Below are positions 13,101 through 24,699 of a stretch of 64,000 bases of DNA, piece after piece. How positions within the stretch are numbered: the stretch's first letter is position 1; each line of letters begins with the position of its first letter. The stretch is from Dudresnaya verticillata (taxonomy: Eukaryota), in NCBI GenBank assembly GCA_977862235.1, contig OZ374559.1, forward strand, positions 2,418,001 to 2,482,000. The letters are read 5' to 3'. The translations under genes were made by a program, and so were the position numbers. The notes beneath the pieces were generated by a model, which worked only from the letters and a program-made list of their open reading frames with translations, was not told where the DNA came from and ran no database searches.

Positions 13101-13959
13101 TGGACCTTAACGCGAAAGGTACTTAAACTACAGAGAGACGCTTGTAACATCGGGAGCGACACATGGACGTCAAACAATTGCTATTACGGTTTGGTTGCGG
13201 GCGACGAGCAGTCTGCGGCCCGATGTGCAGCAATACGAACATCTACTGCACTCTGTACGGACAGTGTTAGACCTCTGAAATTCTGGAGCCACGCAGGGTG
13301 TCGAATAGACTGCAGTGTGTATCAGAGACGCGAGTGTAACTTGGCATCGTCAAGATCTGCCCTTCCCAGAATCCTACGCATTGACAGCAGGGAGAGATTA
13401 TGATAACAGAGATGCGACACGCTTGGTACATACATACGGTGTATGTAGGTATAGAAGATTACATGAATTGCCGTGCTCCCCTAGCCTGGGGATGGGTAAG
13501 GCTCAGCAAGTAGCGCTGACGCCGTCTTGCGCTTGTGCTTCTGCTTCACTATTGACGAATACTGTGAAAATGCTAACACAGCAATGCAGCAATGCAGTCG
13601 ATTCAACAAACAGTACAATAAACCTTTAGCGTATCGATTCGCGTGTCGCTGCAAGGAATAAGTGGAAGCTCGTCACGGTACTTCCCTCTGGTGTAATCGG
13701 GCGATCCGGGCCATCGATTCTTCGAGATAATCCCCTGAATTCGAGTTTGGTTCGTGTCAATGGTATTCGCTTGCAGTGCCCCTGGAGGAACCCTCCGATC
13801 GGATCACGAACACAAGCTCAAACCTTAGTGCTTTCCATTCTTTGCAATTACCTTGCCTCTAGGCAAGCCTAGAGCCTGGTTCATGCTAAGACCCTCGTGG
13901 AGCTTCTAGGCTGCTGGTGAATGAAGTGAATACTCGCCTTACCAACAAGGGAGAGAGAA

Positions 13960-14120
13960 CCTTTACTGAGAACGGGACATCTCCAGGATCGGAAAAACTC
14001 TCCTTCAATACCCGCCTGCTATCTCTGGTTCTGCAAGATGTAGCGGTCAGTGTTAACCGTTGAAAACGTTCCCCTCTCCTATGCTTCCTAGTCCTTAAGT
14101 CTATTTGAAGGGGCTTACTG
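13960..14120 (+). mobile_element. RLE non-LTR 3' fragment
   Basis: GTSPGSEKLSFNTRLLSLVLQDVAVSVNR, followed by degenerate hairpin AAGTCTATTTGAAGGGGCTT. Confidence 0.7.
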
Positions 14121-14361
14121 CTTAGAGTTTTCTTAGAGGTATTTCCCTCTAACTGCATGTGCATCGTGAATAGAACTATGTAGACTACCACTTTCTTTTA
14201 CTACCACCAGTGAAAAAGGCTTGTGGGGGCTTGTATCACACATGACCGTGAAGGAAAGTTTGCTAGAGTATATTTTTGGACGGGTACTCTTCATAGCATG
14301 GCTCATGGCGAGCTACGCAATCTAGAAAAGGGATGGAGACCTTTATGCATAGGAAAGACTA

Positions 14362-14598
14362 TAGCCCCGTAAGGGGGCTTAACTAAAACTCATCTGAAAG
14401 GCGACGGTCGAAGAATGAACGGTGGTTAGCAGCCACCGCGACAGATTGAAGTACAAGAGAGGTGAGGTGGGTGAGAAGAGATAGTTTCTCAGCTATCGGC
14501 GAAGTACCCTTCATAGTAGCTAGGAAATTCGCCACGCGCTGAGCCCCCCGATCGAACCCAGAACCAATGACAATTGAAAGAAAAGGGCACCATTTCAT
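14362..14598 (-). mobile_element. RLE non-LTR 3' fragment
   Basis: GAQRVANFLATMKGTSPIAEKLSLLTHLTSLVLQSVAVAANHR...*, followed by hairpin AAGCCCCCTTACGGGGCT. Confidence 0.8.
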
Positions 14599-16000
14599 CT
14601 AATGTACTGAAGGTGTACTGAAGATCGAAAACCACTTCTTCTCACTAAGAAGTTCTCAGCAGCAGGTGCTTTACCCTTTCGCAAGAATAAAAATATTGTC
14701 AGAGTGCATATTCCAACACAAATGCCAGTTTGTATTCCGTCCTGTTGTTCTTGTCTCTCAAAGATTTGCCTAGTGAGACTGCGTAATAGTCCTCGTCGAT
14801 ATTTATGCGACGAGTCGTAGCCAATGGCACCTCTTGTTGCAACGCGATGGCGTAGGTGCTCTGTTGCTCGATCATAATTGATCGCCTCTTAAGAGTCTCG
14901 AAACCCATCCCGTCGATCACACGCGATCTTCTCATTCTCACGTCCTCAAATTCTTCTCTTTCTCGGCTGTGAGATCACACATAATGAAATCTTTTGCATA
15001 CGGAATTCAGCGCTATGTACATGGAAACGATGACGGCGTTAGCAGCACTCTCCGCAGTTCTGCAGGAATGCATTTGAACGGCTTGTGGCGGTGTTAGAAG
15101 AACTGCTCTTCTGTTCAGAGTTCTTCAATGTGGCTTCAAATCTCGGTCCGTACCCAGTCCAAATCAAACAAAGGGTCCCACCTAAAGACATACCCATCGC
15201 AATTGTCTCAAACCCTATTACATCGCTTGTGGAGCCCTTCACAATCCGTCATCTAGTTTTGTACCTTTTAGTCTCAATAGCTGTAGTTGGGTTGCAAGCG
15301 CCAGTACTACTTGCTGCCAAGAGTACTCTTGTGATGTCCACGTCCCCGTCTTGAAGATGATTGCAAACTACAACAGTTTTGTTGCCTGCGCGCCTGTCTA
15401 CCGCTAGTTGCACAAGATATCCCCTCCAGAGATTGCCGAACTTAACGGGGACTTGTGGCCAAAGACTGTGACCTATTTGCAGCTTGCTTGGAATTGCTTG
15501 TCCTAGACAAGAACAGAAACATTATCGCAGAGTATGGGACTCTTGGCTGCACTACGTCCACTCTCGCAAGACCGGACACGGACCTCATAGAGAGAGAAAA
15601 CCAAGAGAATTGCCTGATACCCTTGTTGCACTCAGCAGTTTCTTGGACGCGATACTCTTTCGAAAAATCGGATCACACAGTGCATACTTTGACGTTTTCT
15701 GTCTTATTTCTTTTGCCTTGTTTCTTTGCCTTGTCGCATTTCCTTTTGTGGTGATTACTTCAGTGGTGTCAAATACACTGGGTGTCTTGCAATAATACCT
15801 ATTTCAACGTCCCTAGGATGGCGATTCACAGTGAACTATACACTTCTCTTGAGAAGCTACCAAAGAATGTTGCCATTGTACAACTGGAAAAGAACTCATA
15901 ACAAGGCCTTACAAACGACACGAAAAGCAAATATAATAGCCCTAATCATATTAGGGTTGTCGGCCACAACTTGGGGAAGGGTCAGACTGAAAAGATAAAG

Positions 16001-16066
16001 AGAGAGACCTATATTGAAGAACAAGAGAGAAGCCCCTTAAGGGGGCTTAGGAATCAGAGCTACCGT
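16001..16066 (-). mobile_element. 66-bp RLE non-LTR 3'-end insertion with ~11-bp TSD
   Basis: Absent from the mirrored site in the left arm (~5450-5465). Flanked by AAAAGATAAAG (15990-16000) and AAATGATAAAG (16067-16077). Contains the hairpin and (TC)n tail. Confidence 0.85.
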
Positions 16067-16276
16067 AAATGATAAAGTGCAGGGAGAATCAGATATCCTC
16101 GCTGATAGCAACAGATTTTCGCCTTGACACTCGCTTTATCTCGTTTTACAGCCCGAATTCGCTACTTGTTCACCAAGGGAGTGTAGTTGCTTACCTCGTA
16201 GAGCAGCAATGGCACTGAGTCACACCTGAATAGAGTTTCAGAGAAGACATTTGCCGGCAAAAAGTGTTCAAGAAAA

Positions 16277-16286
16277 TGTTATAAGA
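16277..16286 (+). promoter_or_regulatory. Possible TATA box of the Cys-rich gene (mirrored at ~5244-5252)
   Basis: TTATAAGA about 140 nt upstream of the ATG, conserved in both arms. Confidence 0.3.
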
Positions 16287-16420
16287 GGAGAAGATTCTCT
16301 GGAAGGAACGCCAAACAAGGTCAGTGAGAAAAGCAACGCCTTCTTCCCCGACAAGACCGACTCAATCCGAACTCGAGCAGAAATCGGCACCACCAGCTTC
16401 TCTGCAGAGGATTTTCGAAA

Positions 16421-17173
16421 ATGACGAGTTGCCGAACGTCAATGATCCTACTGACCGTACTGGTTCTCGTTTCTAGTACTCTCGCCCTTCGCGACTATGG
16501 TTATTCATACTATACCACCTACTTAGCCAAGAAGTGCAGTCCTGCATCGCACCCGGCATGTTGCGCAGCTTCACCTCCCTGTCAAATCGGGTACTACGCC
16601 CGTGGCTATTGGATTACCGAAAGGGACACTGCAAGCGCAAGCTACAATTGCTACAGCGAATGTAGGCAGCACTATTCCAAGTGCATCCGCACGTGTTCGT
16701 GTGTTGCCCGCACAGATGAGGTTCGAAGTGGGAGTCTCTGCAAGTGCAAGAGGGATCCTCGGGTAACACGCGGATCAATTGTGGCCAGTTGCAACAGGTA
16801 TTGCTACATTGCTTACCGCAAGTGCACCGCAGCCTGTTTGAGCGGGGCGAAATGTCCACTGAAGGCTACTACAAGCTTACTCTGGAGGGGCGTCTACGCT
16901 GGAAAGTGTGGCAGTTATTGTCAGAAATTGCCAATTCCTGTTTCTCCGTCGTTGAAGTGCGCGGCTACAAAAGAATCTGCCAGGCAGGCTACTGCTCAGG
17001 ATGATTTGGAGGCATCGAACAAGAAAGTGGAGGACGAGAAGCACGATGCCCATGGCGATGGAGTGATCTCCGAAGAGGGTGAAATCGATATTGACATGGA
17101 GGAAATCAAAAAGATGGAGGACTTTCCGGAGGAGCTTGCAAAGGACCTGAACGATCTCGGCACAGGCCATTAG
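16421..17173 (+). CDS. Secreted cysteine-rich protein with acidic C-terminal tail, copy 2
   Basis: Intact 250-aa ORF; 4 amino-acid differences from copy 1 (T/A, N/Y, F/I, A/D). Confidence 0.85.
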   Translation: MTSCRTSMILLTVLVLVSSTLALRDYGYSYYTTYLAKKCSPASHPACCAASPPCQIGYYARGYWITERDTASASYNCYSECRQHYSKCIRTCSCVARTDEVRSGSLCKCKRDPRVTRGSIVASCNRYCYIAYRKCTAACLSGAKCPLKATTSLLWRGVYAGKCGSYCQKLPIPVSPSLKCAATKESARQATAQDDLEASNKKVEDEKHDAHGDGVISEEGEIDIDMEEIKKMEDFPEELAKDLNDLGTGH

Positions 17174-18233
17174 TTCAAGTATCAGGTTCAGCATTTCAGC
17201 AGTGGGACTGTCTGGGCGGCACATGTATGGGTCCTCCTAAAAAGCAGGATCAGGAGGATCTAATACAGGGTGTACTTCTGCCCACAATACGTCCATTATA
17301 GCACCTATAATGCTCTCCCGCCTTACCTCTTTAGTATTACAGTATGTCGCGGTTTCTGTTAACAGGCGCAAGCTTGTTGACCACCGCGTTAGTAAGAGTG
17401 TGTATTAAGTCCCCTTAAGGGACTTACTCTAAATCTTGCGATTAAAGGGATGCTTTCTATTGTTCTCCACCTCTGAAACCGCGCAAGACGAAGCTTCCTA
17501 AGCTTCATAAATTTGATAGCTCACACATTGAATTTGTGAATGAAGGACTTCTGATAAATGGGTTTTCACTATTACATGACTCGATATTTAATTTTGCTAT
17601 TGCTACTTCTGCCGATCTTCACAAACTTGGGATCGAGAGAGAATAACTGTATGCAGAACTTGGAGAAATATCAGGAAGCTCCGTAAGGGAGCTTAAGGAG
17701 AGTCATTCACGGGATCTCTTTTGCTCGAGAGAACGACTTTTGTGAGGATACCCACATAAAAAATCCATTAACGCCAACATGTATAGCTCTTTTTAGTGCT
17801 GCAGGCGAGTATCTATTAAAGGCACTATTTCAGATCAAACTGAACAATCGAAAATGAATTGCAGTTTCAGCATTATCTAAGTATTATTTCTCATCGCTTA
17901 GCCCCATTTTTTGAGTAATTAGCAGATTCCCTTTCCCTTTCTCGTTTAGCCCCTTCTTGTCTGAGAAATCAAGTTCAAGGTTTTCGACAAGGGGGTACCG
18001 GTTTCTGAAATTCTTTCAAATGGGAGAATATGTACAGAAGTTGGAACCTTTATGATGTCAGGTGGAGAGTGAGGCTAAGCCGTATTGCAGCTGCACAACT
18101 GGACACGACACCCGGAAATATCCTCGAATGTATGTTATTTTGCTTTGAAGAAATCATCGTAAACCGCGATATTAGAACTGGTATGTTTATGCTCGGAAAT
18201 TTCGGGTTGAATAATTCTCATTCTTTCTCATTC

Positions 18234-18790
18234 TCATTGCGGAGCTCTCACAGGGGAACTGGTTCTGCAAAATGTCACACGGCGCATGTCATTGCGGAGC
18301 TCTCACAGGGGAACTGGTTCTGCAAAATGTCACACGGCGCATGTCACACGGCGCATGTAGTAATTCGCTAATAAAGAAAAGAACGCCGTTTTATTTTAGT
18401 ACTATTATCATTAAATTTGGGAGGGTCGGTTTTGCAAATTGCGGTACAGCTCGGTATCTTCCGTGCTTGGTTCGATGCAGAGCTGAAATTAATCTAATCC
18501 ATTGTATTGTAAAGGGTACAAAAGAAATGGAAGCCACAGCAACTGCTCAAATTACTGTCGGCCGGAGAGAATAGCAACGGTTTATTAGAACGTCGGCTTA
18601 TTGGAACGTCGGCTTATTGGAACGTCGGCTTATTCGAACATCGGCCATTAGCATGATGGCGAATAGCCCCGAGTTGCCCAAGCTGATGCGTGCCCTGAAA
18701 ATCAGGTTCCCTTGGAACGTCGGCCATTAGCATGATGGCGAATAGGCCCGAGCTTCCCAAACTGATAGGCGCCTTGAACATCAGGTTCCA
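18234..18790. repeat. Cluster of short tandem duplications
   Basis: ~55-bp unit x2 (18234-18345); 16-bp TATTGGAACGTCGGCT x~4 (18583-18645); ~78-bp unit x2 (18636-18790). Confidence 0.8.
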
Positions 18791-19119
18791 TAATGTGTAA
18801 CAACATCTGAGCATCAATACACATATCGTCGAAGACACGGTTCACATTTTCAGTGTACTCACTTCACGAATAGTTCATAAGACCACCGGAATTTTCCAAC
18901 ATAATAGTCTCCATCTTTCCCTATTTTCGGCCACTATCGGGAACAAATCCATGACCCAAATTAGCTGATTGTGCCAAACTCATGGGCCCCTTCCATGACC
19001 CAGATACTCATGCCGACTCACCCGCTGCTATCAAAACGGTTACCTTTCACCTTCGATAACTCCCGACTGTGGTTCATCAAAAACAATGATGGTGTTATCC
19101 TCAAAAGCATAGACAGTAA

Positions 19120-22100
19120 TTATCTCTCCGACTCAGTGATTAAACATTCACTTCTCATGTACTCAGACTCGACGAATGTGGAAATATTGAGAGCAGGCTG
19201 TGGTATAACGGGCGTTGACGCCCTGTAAGGAGCCACGGGGACACGAGTCCTCTGTAAGGAATGACAGGCAAAACCGGGTGATATGGCTGGTGCTCCGATT
19301 GATTTCATTGCTGGAACGCTCCTTCGCTGTAAAGCAACACGTGTACAGAGTAGATCTGTAAGGCACACTGCTCCAGATGATATGGCACTGTGCCATTTGG
19401 GGATTAACTATGGCCGCACCATCGCGCCATGCATTGCTGTTGGATGTTTGCCCCGCGGCGCCTGACAGTGGGGCCGCGCTCGCCTTTTGGCCTGACCACT
19501 CATTCCTACCTAAGGACATATCCTACCTGTATTGTACAGTATTAGCTAACTATTAGCCATAGGGCTCTAACTGAGCGAGTCGCACCTTTTCGGCTCTCGC
19601 CGTATTTATGGGGCCCCTGAGTAGCAGGGGCCCGGCACTAAACCGGCAGCGGTCTTTGCCTTGGGTTTTCCCCTTTTTGGACGCTTACGGTGCTACCGCT
19701 ACACCTTCCCTTTGGGCGTCTACAAGCCCTGTCGTCTACGACGAATTTCTCTATTCAGCAGGGTTCGCCTTTCCCTTTTTTGCTTTGTTAGGGCTTTAAG
19801 CCCTTTCAAGTCTCTACCACCCCTTTACCGAGCTACCAACCACGCGAGTGGGATCGCTCTTTGAGGACAAATGTCGTGCCGTGTCGCCGTCTCTGTTGGC
19901 TTCAAAGCCATTCTACTACACAGGCTGCAATATAGCGGCCGTTATTTCATTCCCCTGCGCGGAATTGTTGTCATCCGGGACACGTGAGAGTGCTATACTT
20001 GCCATTCCTTACTGCCGAAAGTCTTTTGAAATACATGCCAGCGCCTTTGGAAAAGTCGCACCTTGCGCCTGGTGACAAGTAATTGCATTCGAAGGCACAC
20101 AATGAGGTCCTGAAAGTATCATACGAACTCCAAAAATTCGTTTCCGCACTGAAGACTATGGAACTATTTGTGTTCCAAATAGCACCAGGCAGTTCCTCAA
20201 TAGCATAAATACCATAAAAAGGTTATAAATTTTGCACTTCTGAAATGGCGTGTAAGGGATATAAAAGCTGCCCATTTGAAAAGCTTATGCCAGCAACACG
20301 GGCTTTTGCGTTATTGTACAGACCCCAAACTGGATTTCAAATACGTTTCAGGCTTATTATTTGGCCTGGAAAATAATCAACAGATGGTAAATGGGTTCTC
20401 CATGCAGACGTAATTTTATGCGGAGACGTGTAGAATTGATACAATACCTCTCGTGCCAGATCTTTATTCGGGATATTTTCCATCTTAAGATTACACCACA
20501 TTCGAAAAATGCCTTTGCTGCCATATGTCTCGAAACCTGTTCTCAGTGAGCGTTTACTTGCTTCCTTGTCGCGAAAATCCAAATTGCTGCAGGTTCACTG
20601 TACAAAACATCACTCGATTTGCAGTACAAATTGGTATTCGTTACATTGTCCTGTTCTAGTTGATATTTTGAAACTCGCAACGTCAGATCCGCAAACGATT
20701 TCTTTTCATTCTTATCGACTGAGTCAGAGGTATATGTACTCTTGCACTATTGTAGATATGAAGCCCGCATTCGTCAGGTTGAGAAGTTTCAAATGTACAA
20801 TGACGTTGTTTCTGCTGTTTGACTTCTTCTGTATCGTAATGCACAGGAAAATATTTAGACACTAGATATAACGGAGTGCCGGAAACCGGTATTATTTTGC
20901 CGTGGGTCGCCGACCAGTAGAACTGGAAGCCCTCCAAATGGAGTATTATTGTTGAAAATTTCTTGCAATCGCTCGATTATCAAATCGAGCCAATATGCAG
21001 ACGCGGTAAAGCATTCATCGATTACTAATTGTTTTACTCCAGTCCAAGAGTTCATAAGCTTTAATTGGGCCTTTTCGGACAAGGGAGGCAGAGACTCAAG
21101 TCCTAGCATTATATTTCGCTTCAGATGCATTGAAAGCTTAGTGCGGAGTGTATTGTCATTCCTTTCACGTTTCCGGCCACTGATCCACTCATTGCCAGTA
21201 TCGCTACTTTCTGAAATGTGTTTTGATGTCTTTCGTGGGTAAGATCAGACAGAATCGGTGATATTGCATCACTGTTTGTTAAAAGCCTTTCTGGCGATGT
21301 GATTCGAAAGGCATTAACTGTCATCCAAATAGAACACCACGTCTGTATTTTTGCTATTATCCACGATTTTCCGGCACCAGGTACCTCAATCATAACTAGT
21401 ATTGGCGGTAGCGGTTTTTCAATATTTCAACGCGGTTGCCTACTATAGTAGAACGACTCCATGAAGTCCGTTATAGCTTTAAATGCTGTAGAACATGTTT
21501 TACGCTTTGTGTTTGAGTTTTGCATTCTGACATTGCGACCATTAAAACTCTTTTTTGCAGCCAGTTTCCGATCATCTTTTGCATTTTGCAGACCTTGATT
21601 GATATCATATTAAGAGGAGCAGTATGTTCTTTTGGATTGTCATTTTGCAGTAAGCGTTCCATAAATTCGAGATGTTGTCTGATTATATCCATTTTATCCT
21701 TGTTTTCCGGCATGACATGGAGAATGTGATGTTCTCTCTCTCTGTCTTTTAGATTCAAACCAAGATTTCCAGACCAGGGCTTCATATCGCTCTCATTATT
21801 CAAGTTTATTCTTGAATTTATAGTGCATCTGAAAATAATTCAGCATTTTCAAACTCTTCAAAGTTAACTGTTCATTCCATCCTGTTCAATAAGTTTTCAA
21901 TGTCACTTTCTTCGTCTATGTCATAATCGTTTGTCTTTTCATTAGGAAATGATGTGCAAATCCATGGATTTTGAGGTACATCCATGGGACTTGGCGTATA
22001 TGTAGGAATCACGTACTGTTGATTCGTACGCATAAATGCAAACGACTACACTCAAACATTTTCATTTCTGGGTATTTTAAATAACTTCCAGCGACTTTCA

Positions 22101-22900
22101 GAGTTGAAGAGCGTTTATAGAGGTCAACAGGATTGGAAAAGTCCTTTGGCTCTCTGTGAGGTAAAGTCAAAACTAATGCACCGCAATACCATATTGGATT
22201 GCCGGGGTCAGGAGGAGAGATAGTAGGATATTATAAATCTAGTACCACTGTATCATCTGCATTTATCCCAATTACGACAAATCCCTTCGAATTAATAAGT
22301 TCATGTGGTGGTTTGCACGTTTTTCTTCTCCGTTTGTGGTATTTTTGTACGTATTCAGTCATTGAAAAGTTTTCCAATTCTTTCAGACGAAGTTAATAAT
22401 CCAATGTACTTACATTTTGGATTTCGTATGTCGTTCCGACGCACATAAAGTGATGAACTTGAACTCAAAACTGAGAACTAAAACTTATCATTACCTCAAG
22501 TGAACTGTTTTAGAACGCCAGAAATAGTACTTGGTACTCATCGCGGTTCAATTACTCTTGTTGTAATTTATCAAGTGAAATATATGGCCTTGTGTCTACT
22601 CTAATAGCTTTCCACGACATAAACCGATGAGGATTTCCTAAAAGATTTGATGACGCCTCAGGTGCTCAGAATGTGATTCTACGGCAAGGAGTATTTTTCT
22701 CAGTTTGGCTTAACAATTGCTACTCGGAGCAACCCTACGCATACACGCACTTTTCGAAACTTATCATGAACATTCCCCCATTTGTCTGTGCTGGACATGT
22801 AGTACGCCACATAGATCATTGCTCCAAAAGAGTTCCCACATAACGGTTGAATATCCATATTCGCTGTCCATAAGTTTAGAATGGGTATTGAATAGTTGCT
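19120..22900 (-). pseudogene. Degraded Helitron-type RepHel (PIF1-family helicase plus part of upstream region)
   Basis: PGAGKS (Walker A), AMSGSVAGNVKGMTIHS, LVIDE, PFGGLPVLLVGDPRQ, AITCHQAQGATF, IALSRV. Upstream WYCGALVLTLPHRE resembles the Helitron pre-helicase region. Many stops and frameshifts. Confidence 0.8.
19199..19920 (+). mobile_element. Solo LTR (722 bp), related to the Gypsy LTRs at 50945/63154
   Basis: TGTGG...CTACA termini, TSD CAGGC on both sides. Shares GGCCCCTGAGTAGCAGGGG and AGTCTCTACCA..CCGAGCTACC with the Gypsy LTR. Removal restores the helicase C-terminal frame. Confidence 0.9.
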
Positions 22901-22929
22901 TATAAGTTCTCACCGTAAGCTTATTCATA

Positions 22930-23103
22930 TCTCACTTATCATAACAAGCCACATTGTTCCTTATCACTTATGATAACAAGCCAATTTGGCTGCGTTGGTC
23001 GCCTGTGTGCGTGTTATGAGAATCACTTATCATAACAAGCCAATTTAGCTTGTTATGATCATATCATATCATATCACAACAAGCCAATTTGGCTTGTTAT
23101 GAC
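22930..23103. repeat. Direct and inverted TCACTTATCATAACAAGCC repeats, followed by (CA)n-like and GC-rich tracts
   Basis: Three direct copies (22932, 22964, 23023), inverted copies, and a hairpin ACAAGCCAATTTGGCTTGT. Confidence 0.75.
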
Positions 23104-23929
23104 CACGCTCATGGTGCACCACGCTCACACGCAGACACACACACGCACACACATACATACATACACACACAGCGTTCGGGAGGCGGGGCGGCGGGGCGCG
23201 CGGGCGGGGCGGCGGGCGCGCGGGGCGAGTGTGAGGAGGAGCGGGGCGCCGGGCGCGCGGGGCGAGGGGGAGGGGGGTGGGGCGGCCCAGACCTTGGCCG
23301 CTCCAACGCTATATCTACTGCTCTACTCGATACGTCTCTAGAAGTTTCTCTTAATCTACCAATAAAATCACTCCAAAAAAATCATAAAGAGCTCCGCAAA
23401 TTAGTACGACCTTCCCCGTTGGGCTTCTTCATCACCTGCTTCAGCCCTTGCGATCACCGTTCTCGCACCACTGTTCCGAGAAAGCACACTACACTTCTGC
23501 GTTTGCTTTCATTGCGACCACCCCAGGCCATTGATCCTCACATTTCACCGCACTCTCCCCGACGGCGACATCTCTGCCCATTGTGCGTTGTCATCCGGAA
23601 AAAACTCTCGCCTCTACTCCTTCTCCTTCTTTCTCGCCGTTCTCTTCATTCTTTGCCCCCTGCTTTTCGTTCCTGTCTCTGCTTCTAGCGTGCACTCCTG
23701 CGCGTTTCGCTCGTGCTTTGCACCGCTTCCCTTTGCCGCTGTGCTTCGCACCGCTGCTAGGGGCCTCGGCTCTTTTCGCATGTCCTTCCTTCCGTTCTCG
23801 TCTTTTTCGATGTCGCTCGCCGTCGCTTCCACTTCCCTTCTGTATCTGGGTACGCCCTTGCTACGTCCTATCATGCCGACACCCAATGCGACGAAGCGTG
23901 CTGACAAACCGTCTCCGGAGTCTGCCTTT

Positions 23930-24560
23930 AACACAGATTTCCGGGTTTTCAGAATCTCTGTCGCGAAGCAGTCTGAAAAATGCTCATGGAATGGCGATTT
24001 ATATATCGCGTTGGACTGGGAAGAGAGAGCTGAGAAGAATGGTGGAATCGGTTCTGGGATAGCATGTACGGTTGCGGAGTTATGGCGTGCTGCATACAGG
24101 GGTGAAATGTCCCGAAACTTTCGCGAAAGTTGGAAAGTTTCGGAATTTCTGGATTAAAATTTAGCCAGAAATTGCGCTGCCCCCTGCTGCCCTTCGGGGG
24201 GCCCCGCCATCGCACCGGCGCCCGTGCTCCAGCATGTCTGGCCCCGCTCGCCTCACCCCCCGGCCTGCCCTGGGCTGGGACCAAGGGCGCAGTGTCGCCC
24301 CGCACGACTGGTACTGCTTGGCCGCCAGGGTAAATCTGGAGGGTAAACCAGTCATGCGAGGCGCTCAAATACTCACGTGCTGGTACCAGTACCACCGGTT
24401 CCCGCACGTGCGCATTATTCCACTCCGGATCCTGGACCAGTGCGGCTCACCTCGCGCAGCAGCTCCACCTCCATCGCGCGTGCCCCGCACCTCCTCTACC
24501 GCCATCGCGCGCGCGCCACACCATCTCTACAGTCATCGCGCATCTCACATCAAACTGCGC
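23930..24560 (+). repeat. Left terminal inverted repeat
   Basis: About 85-90% match (by eye) to rc of 43920-44317 over ~390 bp, with patchier similarity to ~24560/43800. Confidence 0.9.
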
Positions 24561-24699
24561 AGGAGGTTCGCCACGCCTCGCCCCTGCCGCCCTCCCCATC
24601 ACCCCGCACCCGTAAGAACAGGCGACTCTTGCATCCACAACACGCCCTGCACTGCGCCCCCAGCCGCGGAGTCTCGCGCTGCACATACCGTCGCGGATG

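Larger units (their letters stand above)
11395..18100. repeat. Right arm of large inverted duplication
   Basis: Reverse complement of 3559-10460 with arm-specific indels (e.g. ~13630-14700, 16001-16066, ~17785-17915). Confidence 0.95.

Noticed and set aside
3559..18100. Palindrome as an assembly or chimeric-read artefact
   Set aside because: The arms differ by many substitutions and by insertions with their own TSDs, which an artefact would not create.
18583..18645. CRISPR-like short repeats (also 26032-26333 and 22930-23103)
   Set aside because: Units are contiguous or irregular, without unique spacers; no cas genes; eukaryotic context.
18870..19120. Helentron AP endonuclease downstream of the helicase
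   Set aside because: No APE motifs found in my translation.
23926..23931. TTAA or 2-4 bp target-site duplication for the large transposon
   Set aside because: Left TTAA|CACAG is not matched on the right (CTGTG|TTCT); no register gave an exact duplication.
23089..24407. Long ORFs across the GC-rich tract and left TIR (mirrored at 43688-44236)
   Set aside because: Low-complexity or TIR-derived frames with no protein-like signature.
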